From: Eledone cirrhosa
Lineage: Eukaryota
Length of the DNA stretch: 64,000 nt
NCBI GenBank assembly: GCA_964016885.1
Contig: OZ024741.1
Coordinates: forward strand, 347,386,001-347,450,000
Direction of reading: 5' to 3'
Below the pieces are notes generated by a model that saw nothing but the letters and a program-made list of their open reading frames with translations, made no database searches and was not told where the DNA came from. The position numbers and the translations under genes are program-made. This document shows positions 43,095 through 55,992 of the stretch, one piece after another (position 1 is the stretch's first letter; every line of letters starts with the position of its first letter).

Positions 43095-46000
43095 ATGACC
43101 TCACTCAGAATAGGCAGCGTAAATGCGCGTGGCTTGGGGTCGTCATGGAAGCAGGGCCACCTGCTCAACGACCTCAGGTCACTAAACATAGATGTAGTGG
43201 CCATCAGCGAGACAAGAATCTCCGAAGCACAGGCTTTCGCACCGATCTTCGGCGGCTACGATGTGTACGCATCTCCCAGCCGTCCGGGATCGGGGGGAGG
43301 ATTTGCTGTGCTTTTTCGGAGAGGTTTGGACCTTGCCATACGGGCCATCTTCCTGGACCCAGAAGGTAAGTTGGTGGTGCTGGACGTGACCAGCGGAGAC
43401 GGGCAAGCTTTCAGGTTAGTGGGCGTCTATGCCCCGACAGGAGCAGGGCGGCCTGATTTCTTCCGGCGTCTGGAGACCTTTCTTGGAACGTCCCGCTCTT
43501 TAGTGTTAGTGGGCGACTGGAACGGGATCTTAGATGCACGCTGGGATTGTGTGGGATTAGTGGATAGGGAAGGAGGGTGCAAGAGTCTCACCAACCTGCT
43601 CAGACGTTTTGAACTGTCTGACAGGTACCGAATGGATTTCCCGAATGTACCAATGTGGACTTGGACAAATCGCATAGGGTCATCCAGATCATATCTAGAT
43701 AGAGTATTTTGTAGGGAAATAGATAGGTCTAGCATAGGCTGTCCACAATTCAAGACAGTCAGCTACACGGACCACAAATTCGTGATCTGTGTGCTTGACT
43801 TAGATAGGCTTCATAGACGAGGACCCGGCTACTGGAAGCTAAACGCGTCTTTACCAGCGCGCAAGGCCTACAGAGACCGGATTAGCGAACTAGTTAAGCG
43901 GGCGTTGACGGGGGCCATTGTCAACAACAAGTGGTGGTTTGCTCTGAAAAGAGCAATTAGAATAGAGTCCATTAGGTTTAGTAAGACTTTAGCAATAGAG
44001 AAAAATAGAGCAGAGGGAGAATTAGTTAGAAAATTAGATGAGGCGCTTAGCAAAGGCATCGCGACCGACGTACTTGCGGCGAAATTGGCCCTTGACCAAT
44101 TCTTCAATGCAAAGCACGAAGGCTGCGTTGTCAGAGCTAGGGTGCGTGCTCTCAGACACGAGGGGACGAAAGCCGTTCAATGGGCCCGAGTGGCGGAGGC
44201 GCGTCGTGGCAACAAAGCCACGATCCGGTCTTTGGTGGACCACGACGGGCGCATGCTACTCGATCCCGGGCAAATGTGTGAAGCTTTTCAGCGACACTTC
44301 GCTCAACTGTTCGGGGGCAGTGGCGGGCCGGATCGAGGGATGGACTTTAGTGTCTACCTCGACGGACTGCCGCGGCTTTCGGCCACTGAGGCGGAGTGTT
44401 GCGAAAAGCCGATAACAACCGCTGAAGTACGGGATGCAATGACTAGTTGCACAAGGGGCAAATCGCCTGGTTTGGATGGTCTGCCCTATGAACTTTACGT
44501 ACAAATGCCAAACTTGTTCGGAGGCCTCTTGGCGGACGTCTACTGCAACTGGCAACAGAACGGGAGAATTCCCAGCTCTGTGAGCCGAGGAGCGGTGGCG
44601 CTGCTGAGAAAGGATCCGAACAAGGGGGATAACATAGATAATTTTAGGCCCATAACTCTGCTAAACACAGAGTTCAAGATTTTGGCCAAGGTGCTAGCAA
44701 AGAGGTTGGCGCTTGTCGTTGGCGGTCTGGTGAGAGAGGCACAGACATGCGCCATTCCCGACAGATCCATCCACGACAACCTCCACCTCATGCGATACAT
44801 CGTAGAGAGGGTAGCTAGGGAACCTGGCACGGGTGGGTCTTTGATCAATTTAGATCAGTCGAAAGCCTTCGATAGGGTCGACCATCGTTACGTAGCGGCA
44901 GTCCTGAGGGCGGCTGGCTTTGGGCCCGTCTTCAGAGGCTGGATCGCTGCCATGCACAGCGACATCTGCTCTGTAGTGAGAGTGAACGGTCACCTTTCGG
45001 AACCGTTCAACATCATGCGCTCGGTCCGCCAAGATGTCCCCTCTCGTCCCTATTGTACGTATTGACTCTCGAGCCATTACTGCACAAACTGGAGACGTTG
45101 AGGGGGGTCCCGCGCGAACTAGGATGCGGAAGATCCGTGTCAGCATATGCCGACGATGTCACCGTAGTGGTGTCGAGCGCCAAACACATCGAGGCGATCG
45201 GCACTACACTAAGAGAATACGAAGCGGTGACAGGAGCAATGATCAACCAGGAAAAGTCAGTGGGCCTGCAGCTCGGCACCTGGAGAGGCAGGTCCATGCC
45301 GTCCAACAGCGTCGTCGGGCGCTGGACGGACGGACCGGTTAAATTGCTAGGGGTCTGGTTCGGTCCAGACCTCCAGACGGACAAATACTGGGACGAGGTG
45401 ACGAGCAGGGTGGCTTCTCTCACCCAGAAATGGGCCGAGAGGAAGCTATCACTGAAAGGTCGAGCGGAGGTGGCGAATGCGTACATCGCATCCGTCATCT
45501 ACTACCGCCTGACCGTCGTACCTTGTCCTAAGCCCCGCCTGACTGCGCTGGAGCGTTTGCTCTTTCGCTTCTTGTGGAAGGGACGCGCTCCGATGGTCAG
45601 GCGGTCCATCTGCTGTCAACACCCGCTACGTGGAGGGCTGGGCGTGCCGTGGCTGATGATGCGCAGACACGCGCTCAGGCTACGACATCTCCACCTCTTC
45701 CTCGACGGTGATCAGGTGTGGTCGCCGTTTGCAAGACACGTTTTTCCCCAGCTCGTCTCCTTGACGGAGCTGCAGTCCTGGGTCAAGCGAAGACCGAGAG
45801 GGAGCGCTTGGAGACTGGAATGTCTTCAGGCTCTCACAGCCCTCGACCAATCGGGCAATGTGATCGGTGGAAACTCCACCTTGGCGTTCTATAGGGGATT
45901 AGTGGAGGGGAAGAGCGACGACGTACTTGGAGAAACTCTAGGCGTCGACGAAAATCAACTAGCCAATCTCTTCGGAAGGACTTTCGGGCCGGGGCCTATG

Positions 46001-46576
46001 GACAACTTCCAGAAATCCCTGGCCTGGCAGTGCTACCGAGGAGCTTTGCCAGTTCGGGATAAACTCTACAGGCATGGAGGTGCCGTCAGCCGGGCATGTC
46101 CGAGATGCGCGCAGGGCGACGAAACCGTCCTGCACGCACTCGTCCAGTGTCCCAGCATTGCTGACTTGTGGGTTTATGTCGAACACCTGCTGTCACGTGT
46201 AGGACGGATCCAGCTATCAGCTGAGTCCATCGTGAGGATTGCCCCGCCCCCTTCCTTTAGCCTGGAAGGGCAGGCAGTTTTTATCTGTCTGGTGGCCATG
46301 GCGAAAGAGATAGTATGGTGGACACGTTTGAAAGGGCTGAAGACGAGCACTTACCTCTTCGGTGATGCCCTGATTAACTTTTTCAAATTTCATTTGAAAA
46401 GGAAAATCAGGGTAGAGAGGGAAGTGCTCTCTTCCCAGCATTTTGTTGAAAGATGGGTGAGAGAAGCAAGTATGGCCCGAATGAATGAGCCTTCTCTGAG
46501 TATGTGTCGTAAATTAAAGGTGGAAAACTGGGAGAGGGCACTTGCCCTGGTGGTCAGGGCCACTGTGGTCTTTTAA
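43095..46576 (+). CDS. Tx1 ORF2: APE endonuclease, RT, C-terminal CCHC; single 1-bp deletion near 45035
   Basis: SVNARGL, SETR, GDWN, YLDR, TDH, SPGLDG, FRPITLLN, DQSKAFD, VRQ(G)CPLS, YADD, LGVWF, CPRC..ETVLHALVQC. Confidence 0.92.
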
Positions 46577-46754
46577 TGGGCTTGACCCACAAATGTCCCT
46601 TGGAAGTCTCCCCCCTATTGGGGAATTTTTCTTTGTTATTTTATTTCAACCTCTGTTTTTTTACACGCAGAAATGCCCATTTGTACCGTCCTGTATTGTC
46701 CTGTACTGTCCTTAATGTCTACTTTATGTGAACCCTTGTGGTTAATAAAGAAAA

Positions 46755-46835
<81 letters not shown>

Positions 46836-46837
<2 letters not shown>

Positions 46838-47557
46838 TTAGTCCTTCATTAGTGATCTTCCAACCATCATTGGTATTTCATCGCTTTAAAGACCATATAC
46901 CTCCGGTTGGTGCGATCATATGTAACCCATTAGCAACCCAGCATCACGTTTTTCTCATATTTACACATATTTTTTCTCCGCTTTTACACGTCTATTTCGT
47001 TCTTACTGCTTCCTCTTTCTCTGTATCTTTACCCTCTCTAGCAGTCACTCTGTCTGTTAGCCTCTTCCTCACCCTTCACTCACTCATTCTCTGTTACTAC
47101 CTCTCCTCCTCCTCTTCCTCCTCCTCCTCCTTCTCGTTTGACCTGTGCGTAATTCTTTTGTTTAGCACCCCTGGCCTGGCAAGTCGCATTTTTTTTCTCT
47201 CTCTCTCGTCTACGATTTCACAGAACTTACGTTCACCGAAATCCCAGACTAGATCCCTTCTTCCTCCCCTTAGACCTGTACGGAATTCCTTCCTTGCTTA
47301 CATTCCAACCAGGTATGATGGTCTTTATCCTCTCTCGTTCACGATTTCACCGAATTTAAATTCATGAAATTTGGGACTTGACTCCTTCGTCCACACTTTC
47401 CGTTGCTTCACCATTTTGTTTGTTTACACTCGTGTCCCCTTTAATTACGTATCCCTACGATTTTTTAGCCGTTGCTCGCACCAACCGGAGGTATATGGTC
47501 TTTGAAGCGATGAAATACCAATGATGGTTGGAAGATCACTGATGAAGGACTAACTTT
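46836..47557. repeat. ~82-bp inverted repeats (46836-46918; 47476-47557) enclosing pyrimidine-rich DNA, between (TA)n tracts; MITE-like or inverted PLE remnant
   Basis: agttagtccttcattagtgatc...ggtgcga and its reverse complement. Confidence 0.75.
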
Positions 47558-47558
47558 A

Positions 47559-47630
<72 letters not shown>

Positions 47631-47651
47631 AAGAATGAAGAGTAACATGAT

Positions 47652-47762
47652 GTACTCTGATGTGTTGACAAGAGGTAAATAATGTATTGGAGATCGAGTG
47701 ACGCAACTTCAAGCGATTAGCGAGCTCTAGACTCACCTGATCAACGAAACAATTGTCGGTAC
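47652..47762 (+). ncRNA. Type I hammerhead with extended stem II
   Basis: gtact CTGATGT gttga...tcaac GAAAC AATT GTC ggtac; stems I and II pair; flanked by a short inverted repeat (47625-47649 / 47794-47819). Confidence 0.7.
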
Positions 47763-47960
47763 TTTAAATAAAGCCCCTAATTGTACAGCCAGCCATGTTA
47801 CTCTTCATTCTTTCCCTATTATTAATCCAAGTATAACCTGCATAGAAATTACCGCGAACTCGCATCTTGTTGAGCCAAACAGAGCAGAACGTTAAAACTC
47901 TCCACGGCACAGAGTACTCACAACCTCTAACTGGATTACCAATAACGATAACTTGTTATC

Positions 47961-48016
<56 letters not shown>

Positions 48017-48811
48017 CATTTTCGCTCTACATGGCTGAATACAATAAATATAATCTGAGTTTTTCGAATATTAACAATAACATTCGATTTGTTTGCAATT
48101 ATGCAAACAAGCCTCATTTTTAAAGCCATGTCAGTAGAATGAACACTTCATTCTTGCTCTTATGTTGGTATGTGAACAGAACTGCAGCTACTAATGTTTC
48201 TAAGTATCACCCTTCATCAGTACAGATCGCTGTTCATCGCCAACTGTCAGAGCTAGTGAAAATATATGCTACTTTCTAAAATACGCAGTGACTTATTGGT
48301 CTGAGTTGCATATTAGCAGACTGGCAGATCAGTCATATCTGCATATTAGAATATCGACTGATGAGCCAGATTTACATATCAGCAGAGTGGCCAGTCAGTT
48401 TCCTGTATACAAGCGATATATGGCCGGCTTTGTCACATTCAAATGAAAAAAGAAATTTCCGCTCTACATGGCTGAATACAATAAATATAATCTGAATTTT
48501 TCGAATATTAATAATAACATTCGATTCATTTGCAAACAAGCCTCATTTGTAAAGCCATGTCAGTAGAATGAACTCTTCATTCTTGCTCTTTTGTTGGCAT
48601 GTAAACAGAACTGCAGACTCTAATGGCAGGTGAACAGTGAGCTGTACTGATGAAGGGTGATACCCAGAAACATTAGTGCCTGAGTTCTGTTTACATTCCA
48701 ACACAAAAGCAAGAATGAAGCCTTCATTCTACTGACATGGCTTTAAAAATGAGACTTGTTTGCATAATTGCAAACGAATCGAATGTTATTATTAATATTC
48801 GAAAAACTCAG

Positions 48812-48815
<4 letters not shown>
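48017..48815. mobile_element. Non-coding tandem + inverted pLTR-like unit carrying hammerheads (48185-48225 minus; 48640-48685 plus)
   Basis: 48017-48187 is repeated at 48455-48616 and inverted at 48618-48814; CTGATGA a gggt gat accc a GAAAC atta GT. Confidence 0.75.
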
Positions 48816-48897
<82 letters not shown>

Positions 48898-49474
48898 TAG
48901 TTGGTTGTATGTGTGTGTGTCTGCGTGCCTGTGTGTAAGTGTGTGCGTGACGTGTGTGTACACGTACATGTTTCAAAAAACACCAACATATTGTGGTTGA
49001 TGTTAAATAAGTATATTAACTTAAATGAAAAGTATATTATTAAGACAGTCATATACACCGACTAATGCACCTGTAGTCATATATACATTCAATATGCATA
49101 TTTCTTATAGAAAACAAATAGACAAATATTAGAAAATCAAAAATTAAACAGATGAAACGAACGGTAGGTAAAATGGAATATAGCTGAATAAAAGGAAGAC
49201 TGGTACTTTTTACACTAAATGGATCTCAAAGTGATATGATATTCATAGATATGCTGTGAGAAATAATAACATTTTACGAGTTGAATTATGAACTGAAGCA
49301 AATATAATTTAAAATTCGCCTCAAATGAAACGAAAAATAAATAATTTAGTAAAAACACAGAGTGCAAGAATATTTGTGTGAAACAACGCGACAGTGAAAC
49401 TGTTAAATAGTTATATAGAGGTATCAGAGCGGGTAAATAATACATGGTTGAAAGAGTAACAATTATGTATAACA

Positions 49475-50345
49475 CCCAGGCAGCCTAGGAGTACCATTAA
49501 GGATCACAAGCCCGAACTTTAAATCTGACTTCCCGGCTAGACTAATAACCCCATTTGGGTCGGGCCTGGGGGTCATCAGCAAAAGTATACTCGATAGGAT
49601 TTTGCTAAAACTTAGGAAAAAAACTAATTTACAACAATGGTCATGTACAGAGTAGGTAATAGAGTGGTTTACTTAATTACCTGGGAAGAATAGGACTAGC
49701 TTTATCCAACTGGATATCGCTCGTTACTACTCCTCAATCTCGCCCATCGTCCTTAATAAGGTCCTTATTTTCGCGATGTCTAAAATTGACTTAAGCCGCG
49801 AAGAGGAGGGCATCATCTACGCCGCTCGGAAGACCTTGATCCATTTCGGGGACCTCTGGACCAGGAGTGATTGGCTAAACAACTTCAACATCACGATCGG
49901 CTCGAGTGATTCTGTACAGGTAACGGACCTGGTTGGCCTCTTCATACTGAAGCAAATAAAAGTGAAAATCCCTAACATCGGCGGCGGACTATACCGCGAT
50001 GATGCTCACTTCACCGTCTACGGTGAAGAGAATGAAGAGGAGAATTAGATTTTTTTAGGAAACGTGGGCTCAGTATAGAATTAGACACAATATAAGGTAG
50101 TTAACTTCCTGGACACCACCTTAAACCTAAATACTGAACTATTATGCCCCTATCATAAGCCTAACGAGAGGTTGGTATATGTTAATGCTAAGTCCAACCA
50201 CCCTAGATCTGTTATTATGGCCTTAGTCAAGAGTGTCTCGGACAGGATCTCCAACTTGTCCGCAATTAAGGAGATCTTGGATAGTAGTGCTGATCATTAT
50301 AATACAGCTGTAGTTAAGGCGGCATATGACCAAACTATATCTTGT
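49475..50345 (+). pseudogene. Hydra-type PLE RT fragment
   Basis: ISKSILD, FIQLDIARYY, GSSDSVQVTDLVG, GLYRDD, VNFLD, PYHKPN, SNHP. Confidence 0.88.
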
Positions 50346-50661
50346 AACACAAGGCGCCATGATATAGAAACTCTATCGGGCCTTCCGATATGCAGTATCC
50401 GGAAGAGGAAAACGCCAAGCAGTACAGGTAGGGTAGAAGCCACTGCACTTAAACCCCCCAAACGTGGCAGCACCACGCTTGCGAAAAGGATACATACGCC
50501 TGGGCATGCGAATAATCCCAGTACGTGAGGTGGGTTTAGAGACGCATTTTTATTTACAACAATAATTTCTACAGAATCAAATATATAATCTGAATACTGA
50601 ACACTGAATACTGAGCATTATTTTTGCATATGAGAGAATTCAGTGGCAGTTGGGTATGTTT

Positions 50662-50964
50662 TTAGGTAACGATCTGTGAAACAAATTGTTTCTCAGTTTC
50701 ATGTTTTCTGAGAATGTTATTGTAATCCTGAATGAGTTTAACATCTGTTTCTGCAACATCATTCACAACAACTGTCTTCTCAAGCTTTTCAAGTCCACTT
50801 TTGTAACCAAGGTCATCCTTCCATGTTGAAGGTTCTTTATCGGAGAAATCGCTGCTGATAGAAAATGTCGTGAAGAGAGTTTTTGTACCAGGAGTTACAA
50901 AAGTCGAAAACTCGATGTTTGTAAAAGAAGAAAAGTCATGTTGGTGCAGAGTGTACCTCTTCAA
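50662..50964 (-). pseudogene. C-terminal fragment of a hAT-like DNA transposase
   Basis: P..W.DD..Y.........VVND.AE..VKLIQDYN.L...E..KQ...QIV pattern. Confidence 0.55.
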
Positions 50965-51901
50965 TTGAATTGTTCTTCTTCCTCTTCTTCACCTCTGCTG
51001 CTTCCAGCATAACTTGAGCAATATTTGCCTTAAACTCTCCTCGCTCACTTTGGCCCTCATTTTCTCATTTCTCTCCTTACTCTCCTTCCTCTCCTTGCGC
51101 TCCTCGATCTCCTTTTATCCTTGCTCTCCTTGCTCGCCTTTTTCCTTGCTCTCCTTGTTTTCCTTTTTCTCATTGCTCTCCTTGCTCTATTTTTCTCCTT
51201 GATCTCCTTGCCCTCGTTGCCCTCATTGCTCTCCTTTCATCCTTGCTCTCTTTGGTGGCCTTGGTCTCCTTTTCTGATGGCTTTCCTTACTCTCCTTTCT
51301 CCTTACTCTCCTTTTCTCCTTGTATCTATGTACATGTTTATATACAAATACAATGAGAAAAATGGAGCAAGGGGAAATATTAAAGCAAGGATAGTAATGA
51401 GAATATATATATATATTGTTATACTTGGGGAGGGTCATATTTGTGTAATATTGCCAGAATTAATAACAGAACACACTCACTGTTTGGTTGGTTTTCGCTT
51501 CTCGCTGTCTTTTATATCGGTAATCTAACTTACTCGGACCTCAATGTTGCCATTGACTGACCGACGGTCAAAAATAATACAGATACAATATAGACACGAA
51601 CACATATATATAGTTTATCATAAATCTTTCGTTGCACATCTGCAACATCGTCAGTGGTGTTATATTTTCCTCCCGTTGTGTTGTATGTCTACGCCATTTT
51701 TATTCAGTCTGTCTATATATTTATTTATTTATTTGCTTGTTTGTTTATTTTATTTTGTCTTCTTTGCGCATGCGTTTGCGTGTGTGTATAGTGTTATGTT
51801 TGGTGTGTGATGGGTGACTAGTGTGTGTTTATGTGCTTGTTGTTATTGTGCTTGTGTATGTGTTTATTTATTTATTTATCTTATTTTATTTACTTATTTA
51901 T

Positions 51902-51987
51902 ACCCCGACGGCAGAGCTCAAGCCGTTTCGACGGCTATTTCTGGAGTGAAATAGCCGTCGAAGCGGCTTGAGCTCTGCCGTCGGGGT
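51902..51987. repeat. GC-rich near-perfect palindrome: 40-bp arms, 6-nt loop, one G-T mismatch
   Basis: accccgacgg...ctatttc tggagt gaaatag...ccgtcggggt. Confidence 0.97.
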
Positions 51988-52078
51988 CATCCATTTTCCT
52001 ATTTCCCACTCTACTACCCTAAGTACTGAGTACTCTGGTGCGTTATGGTCCATCTTGTTCCTTACCACAATTCCTTTG

Positions 52079-52127
<49 letters not shown>

Positions 52128-52419
52128 GATTCAGGACCACGACGGCTGACCACCGGCCGTTTCGCCAGCTATATATTACTCCCCGCAAACCACAGGCAAG
52201 GTATTAAAGCCATCACAATGTTAATAAGGAGGGAAATACCAAGGCTGAGATATAATCATGCAAGGAGAGAGAAGATAGCAAATGATAATGCTGTTTGTGA
52301 AAGCAATGTGTTCCAGCAGAAATATTTTGCTAAGAGGAGGATGTATTTCAAATCCGAACAGAAACAACCAGAAAATATATCAGAATATACCAGTTACTCA
52401 CATAAAGCAAATAATTGTT

Positions 52420-52592
52420 TCTACTTTTGGCACAAGGCCAGCAAACAGCCAGTGTATTACTGGTACTTTATTTTATCGAACCCGTAAGAATGAAAGCTAA
52501 TGTTAACCTCGGCGGGATTTGAACTCAGAATGGAAAGGGCCGTAAATCTATGTGTCAAAGCATAGCGTCCGATCCTCTACCGATACTGGCAA
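52420..52592 (-). mobile_element. tRNA-derived SINE family 1
   Basis: Reverse complement of the head, B box and core. Confidence 0.85.
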
Positions 52593-53730
52593 GCAAATAA
52601 TAAAGTAAGTAATATGCTAACTGAAAATGCCACAAGCTACCTAATTTTAGGAAATGAATATTTACACGTTAATATGTTTAAATATGTTGTGAACATTTTT
52701 CTGTAACATTCAATTTTCATAGACAAGCCATAAAGCAATATATGTAAAAAGAGACAATATGTAGAACTCTACGCTTAATGATGTCCATTCTAGATATAGG
52801 TAAATATTCAAATTCAAATGCGATATGCATATGTATATCATTTAAGATGCAAATATTTATACCCGTACCTTTAAAAACGTTACTTTCCTTCTGACCTGTA
52901 AGGCAGAAACAATCACTGTCATTTCGATAGGTCCCAGCTTGTCTTTATTTTGTATACTACACTGACATTTATCCAAATATATAATTAAATCAATAACGTT
53001 GCGAGTTTAGCTAGTTATGCTGTTTCACACTACGAATAATTCCAATCCGAGATATACATTTTATGGAATAATATTATAGCCATGCATTTGCATTCCTTAC
53101 GTTTCTCCAGCTTCTGTCTTTTCTATTAGCAACGTCAGCTTTTAATTCTAACATTTTCCAGGTGACTGAGTCATGTATCGGATTGTCTCAAACGTAAATG
53201 GATATTATATTAGATACTTTCAAAAGCAAATACACACATTTAAGTTTGCAAACAATTACACTTCCGTATGTTACACATACAAACACACATACACACACAG
53301 ACACAGTCATCCACCTGCATATATATATATATATACACATACACACACAAACACACACACACACACACACACACACAGTCATCCACATGCATATATATAT
53401 ACACAGACACATGTATATATACACACACACACACACTACTGTTTGCTTGTGATGAATGTTATCACGCGTGTGGGTGTCATTGTTACTATATTTACGAGAA
53501 GTAACAGACAGCGAACGTTGAGTTATGGGAGTGTATGACCATAATAAATACTAATACACTAATATATATTATTATTTCTGATACTGCATAAAGAAATATA
53601 CATATAGACTGTGTTATGGTGTTAACGTATATTATACACATGCATTTTTATAGTAGTGCATGCAAACACACAGGCCTCCATTGGTAAATATTACACTTAA
53701 ATTCATACACATATAGGCATAAGTACACAT

Positions 53731-53787
<57 letters not shown>

Positions 53788-53832
53788 CATATATATATAT
53801 ACATATATATATATACATATTTATATATATAC

Positions 53833-53863
<31 letters not shown>

Positions 53864-53884
53864 CATATATATATGCATATATAT

Positions 53885-54006
<122 letters not shown>

Positions 54007-54212
54007 CTATATGTCAAAATGTCAACTGCACTAGTTTCATGTATTGCTTTCCTTAAATATGGATATATTTTATGACGTCTTGCAATAGATTAAATATAAA
54101 TCGGAAATATTGATTGCACGATTCAACAATTACTGAATAGAGAAATATGGTAACCTATAACCTTAAAGTGTCTGGAATCTTTTGTAGTGAAACTGGCGCA
54201 GAGATGTACCGT

Positions 54213-54275
<63 letters not shown>

Positions 54276-54647
54276 CACACACACAAATACACACACACAC
54301 ACCCATACACACACAAACACACACACACATATACTATCTAAATGACAATCAAAGAGTGTTTAAACTTTCAAACATTTAATCACTAACGATTGTTTCACCC
54401 TAGCACAAGGCCGCATTCACTCTGTGAATGTCATTTACACTGTAGTTGCACACTGTATTATACTTGTTATTTTGCATCGAACTATTATCATAGTTGTAAC
54501 TGGGTAATATTTATTATTTCCCACCATATCTATATATATAGTAATAATATTAATAAAAGTGAAGACTAAAATCCAAAGAGGGCTCGATAAGGATAAATAT
54601 ATAAGAACCCTAGAGCAACAATTCTTTGCTTAAACTTTAATCTGTTA

Positions 54648-54705
<58 letters not shown>

Positions 54706-55321
54706 TTACAGTAATCAAAGTTCAGTTTAAGTCATTTATTTGCTTACAATTGTTTCCTCCAAACCGAGGTTTGGATTCTTCGGAGCAGTTATTTATAACA
54801 TACTTGACCTCCTTTTCAACCCAAGAGACACATAAAACATATGCACATATTGATCAACAGTGGGGTGACATTCATCAAATGAAATAGCGTGGCAATTTAC
54901 ATATAAAGTGTTACATGATAAAAATAAAGTGTTACATGATAAAAATAAAATAAAATAAAATAAAATAAAAGCAAGAGTGAAAATAAAGATAAACATGAAG
55001 CGTTGGCAGTCTATGAAGATAAAGCAAGAGGAAAGCTTCGAGTAGTCAGTGCATGAAGCAATCTCGCGTGTAGCATGCACACTTGTCTTATCTATACATG
55101 ATTAGAGTGCGTCAGAATGATATTTGCAGGGTCAGGCAGTTGAAGCAGGCAATCGATCTTATAATATATGCTGAATTATTAAGTCATTAATTCTCATACA
55201 TCTGTATGATATACAGTCTCGGATGTGGGGAAACACCAAAATATCAAAAACCTTCAACATACTATAAACCTTATTGTATCGTAGGCAAGGTCGTACCACT
55301 GTTTAGATTAAAGACTATCTC

Positions 55322-55402
55322 TCACTATTTAGGGTTTGTGTATATATAATATATTACCATCAAAGGTTTTATTGCATACATAACCATAAATAGTACCCTT
55401 AA

Positions 55403-55463
<61 letters not shown>

Positions 55464-55908
55464 GATACATTAACGGAGGCATAGGCCTAAACTAGCTGGA
55501 CACTCAATTTTAAAATTATCTTAGTGTTGTCTGAAATGTATAGCCTTACACACCCTGATGAACCGTGACTAGCCCATTTCTTTCAACAAATTATTAGAGA
55601 AACATATCATTGGATTTGTACGTGTGTTATATAGTTATAGAGGTATTTATTTACGCTTTAATTTATATTTTTAATTATCGGGTCTATAGTCTGCCTTTCA
55701 TAGGTTATAGATTCCATGCACTGGTTGGTTTTTTCCCTGTATTATTGATAACGCACTGTATATCTCTCTCTGGTGTGTTACCTTTTCAACATATTGTATA
55801 TATATATATATATATATATACATATAGCTATATTTATATATATATATAGCAATCTTTATATATCTTTCGAATGAAACAGTTCTAGTCCTGTAGAAGCCAC
55901 TTATATAT

Positions 55909-55992
<84 letters not shown>

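Larger units (their letters stand above)
40666..46755 (+). mobile_element. Full-length Tx1/L1-clade LINE inserted in (TTA)n
   Basis: 5' UTR, ORF1, 34-nt spacer, ORF2, and a 3' UTR with AATAAA; (TTA)n immediately on both sides. Confidence 0.92.

Noticed and set aside
47498-47552. Permuted (type II) hammerhead GAAA...CTGATGA
   Set aside because: No valid UH cleavage site or stem I.
55545-55610. CTGATGA with a downstream GAAAC
   Set aside because: I could not find consistent stems I-III.
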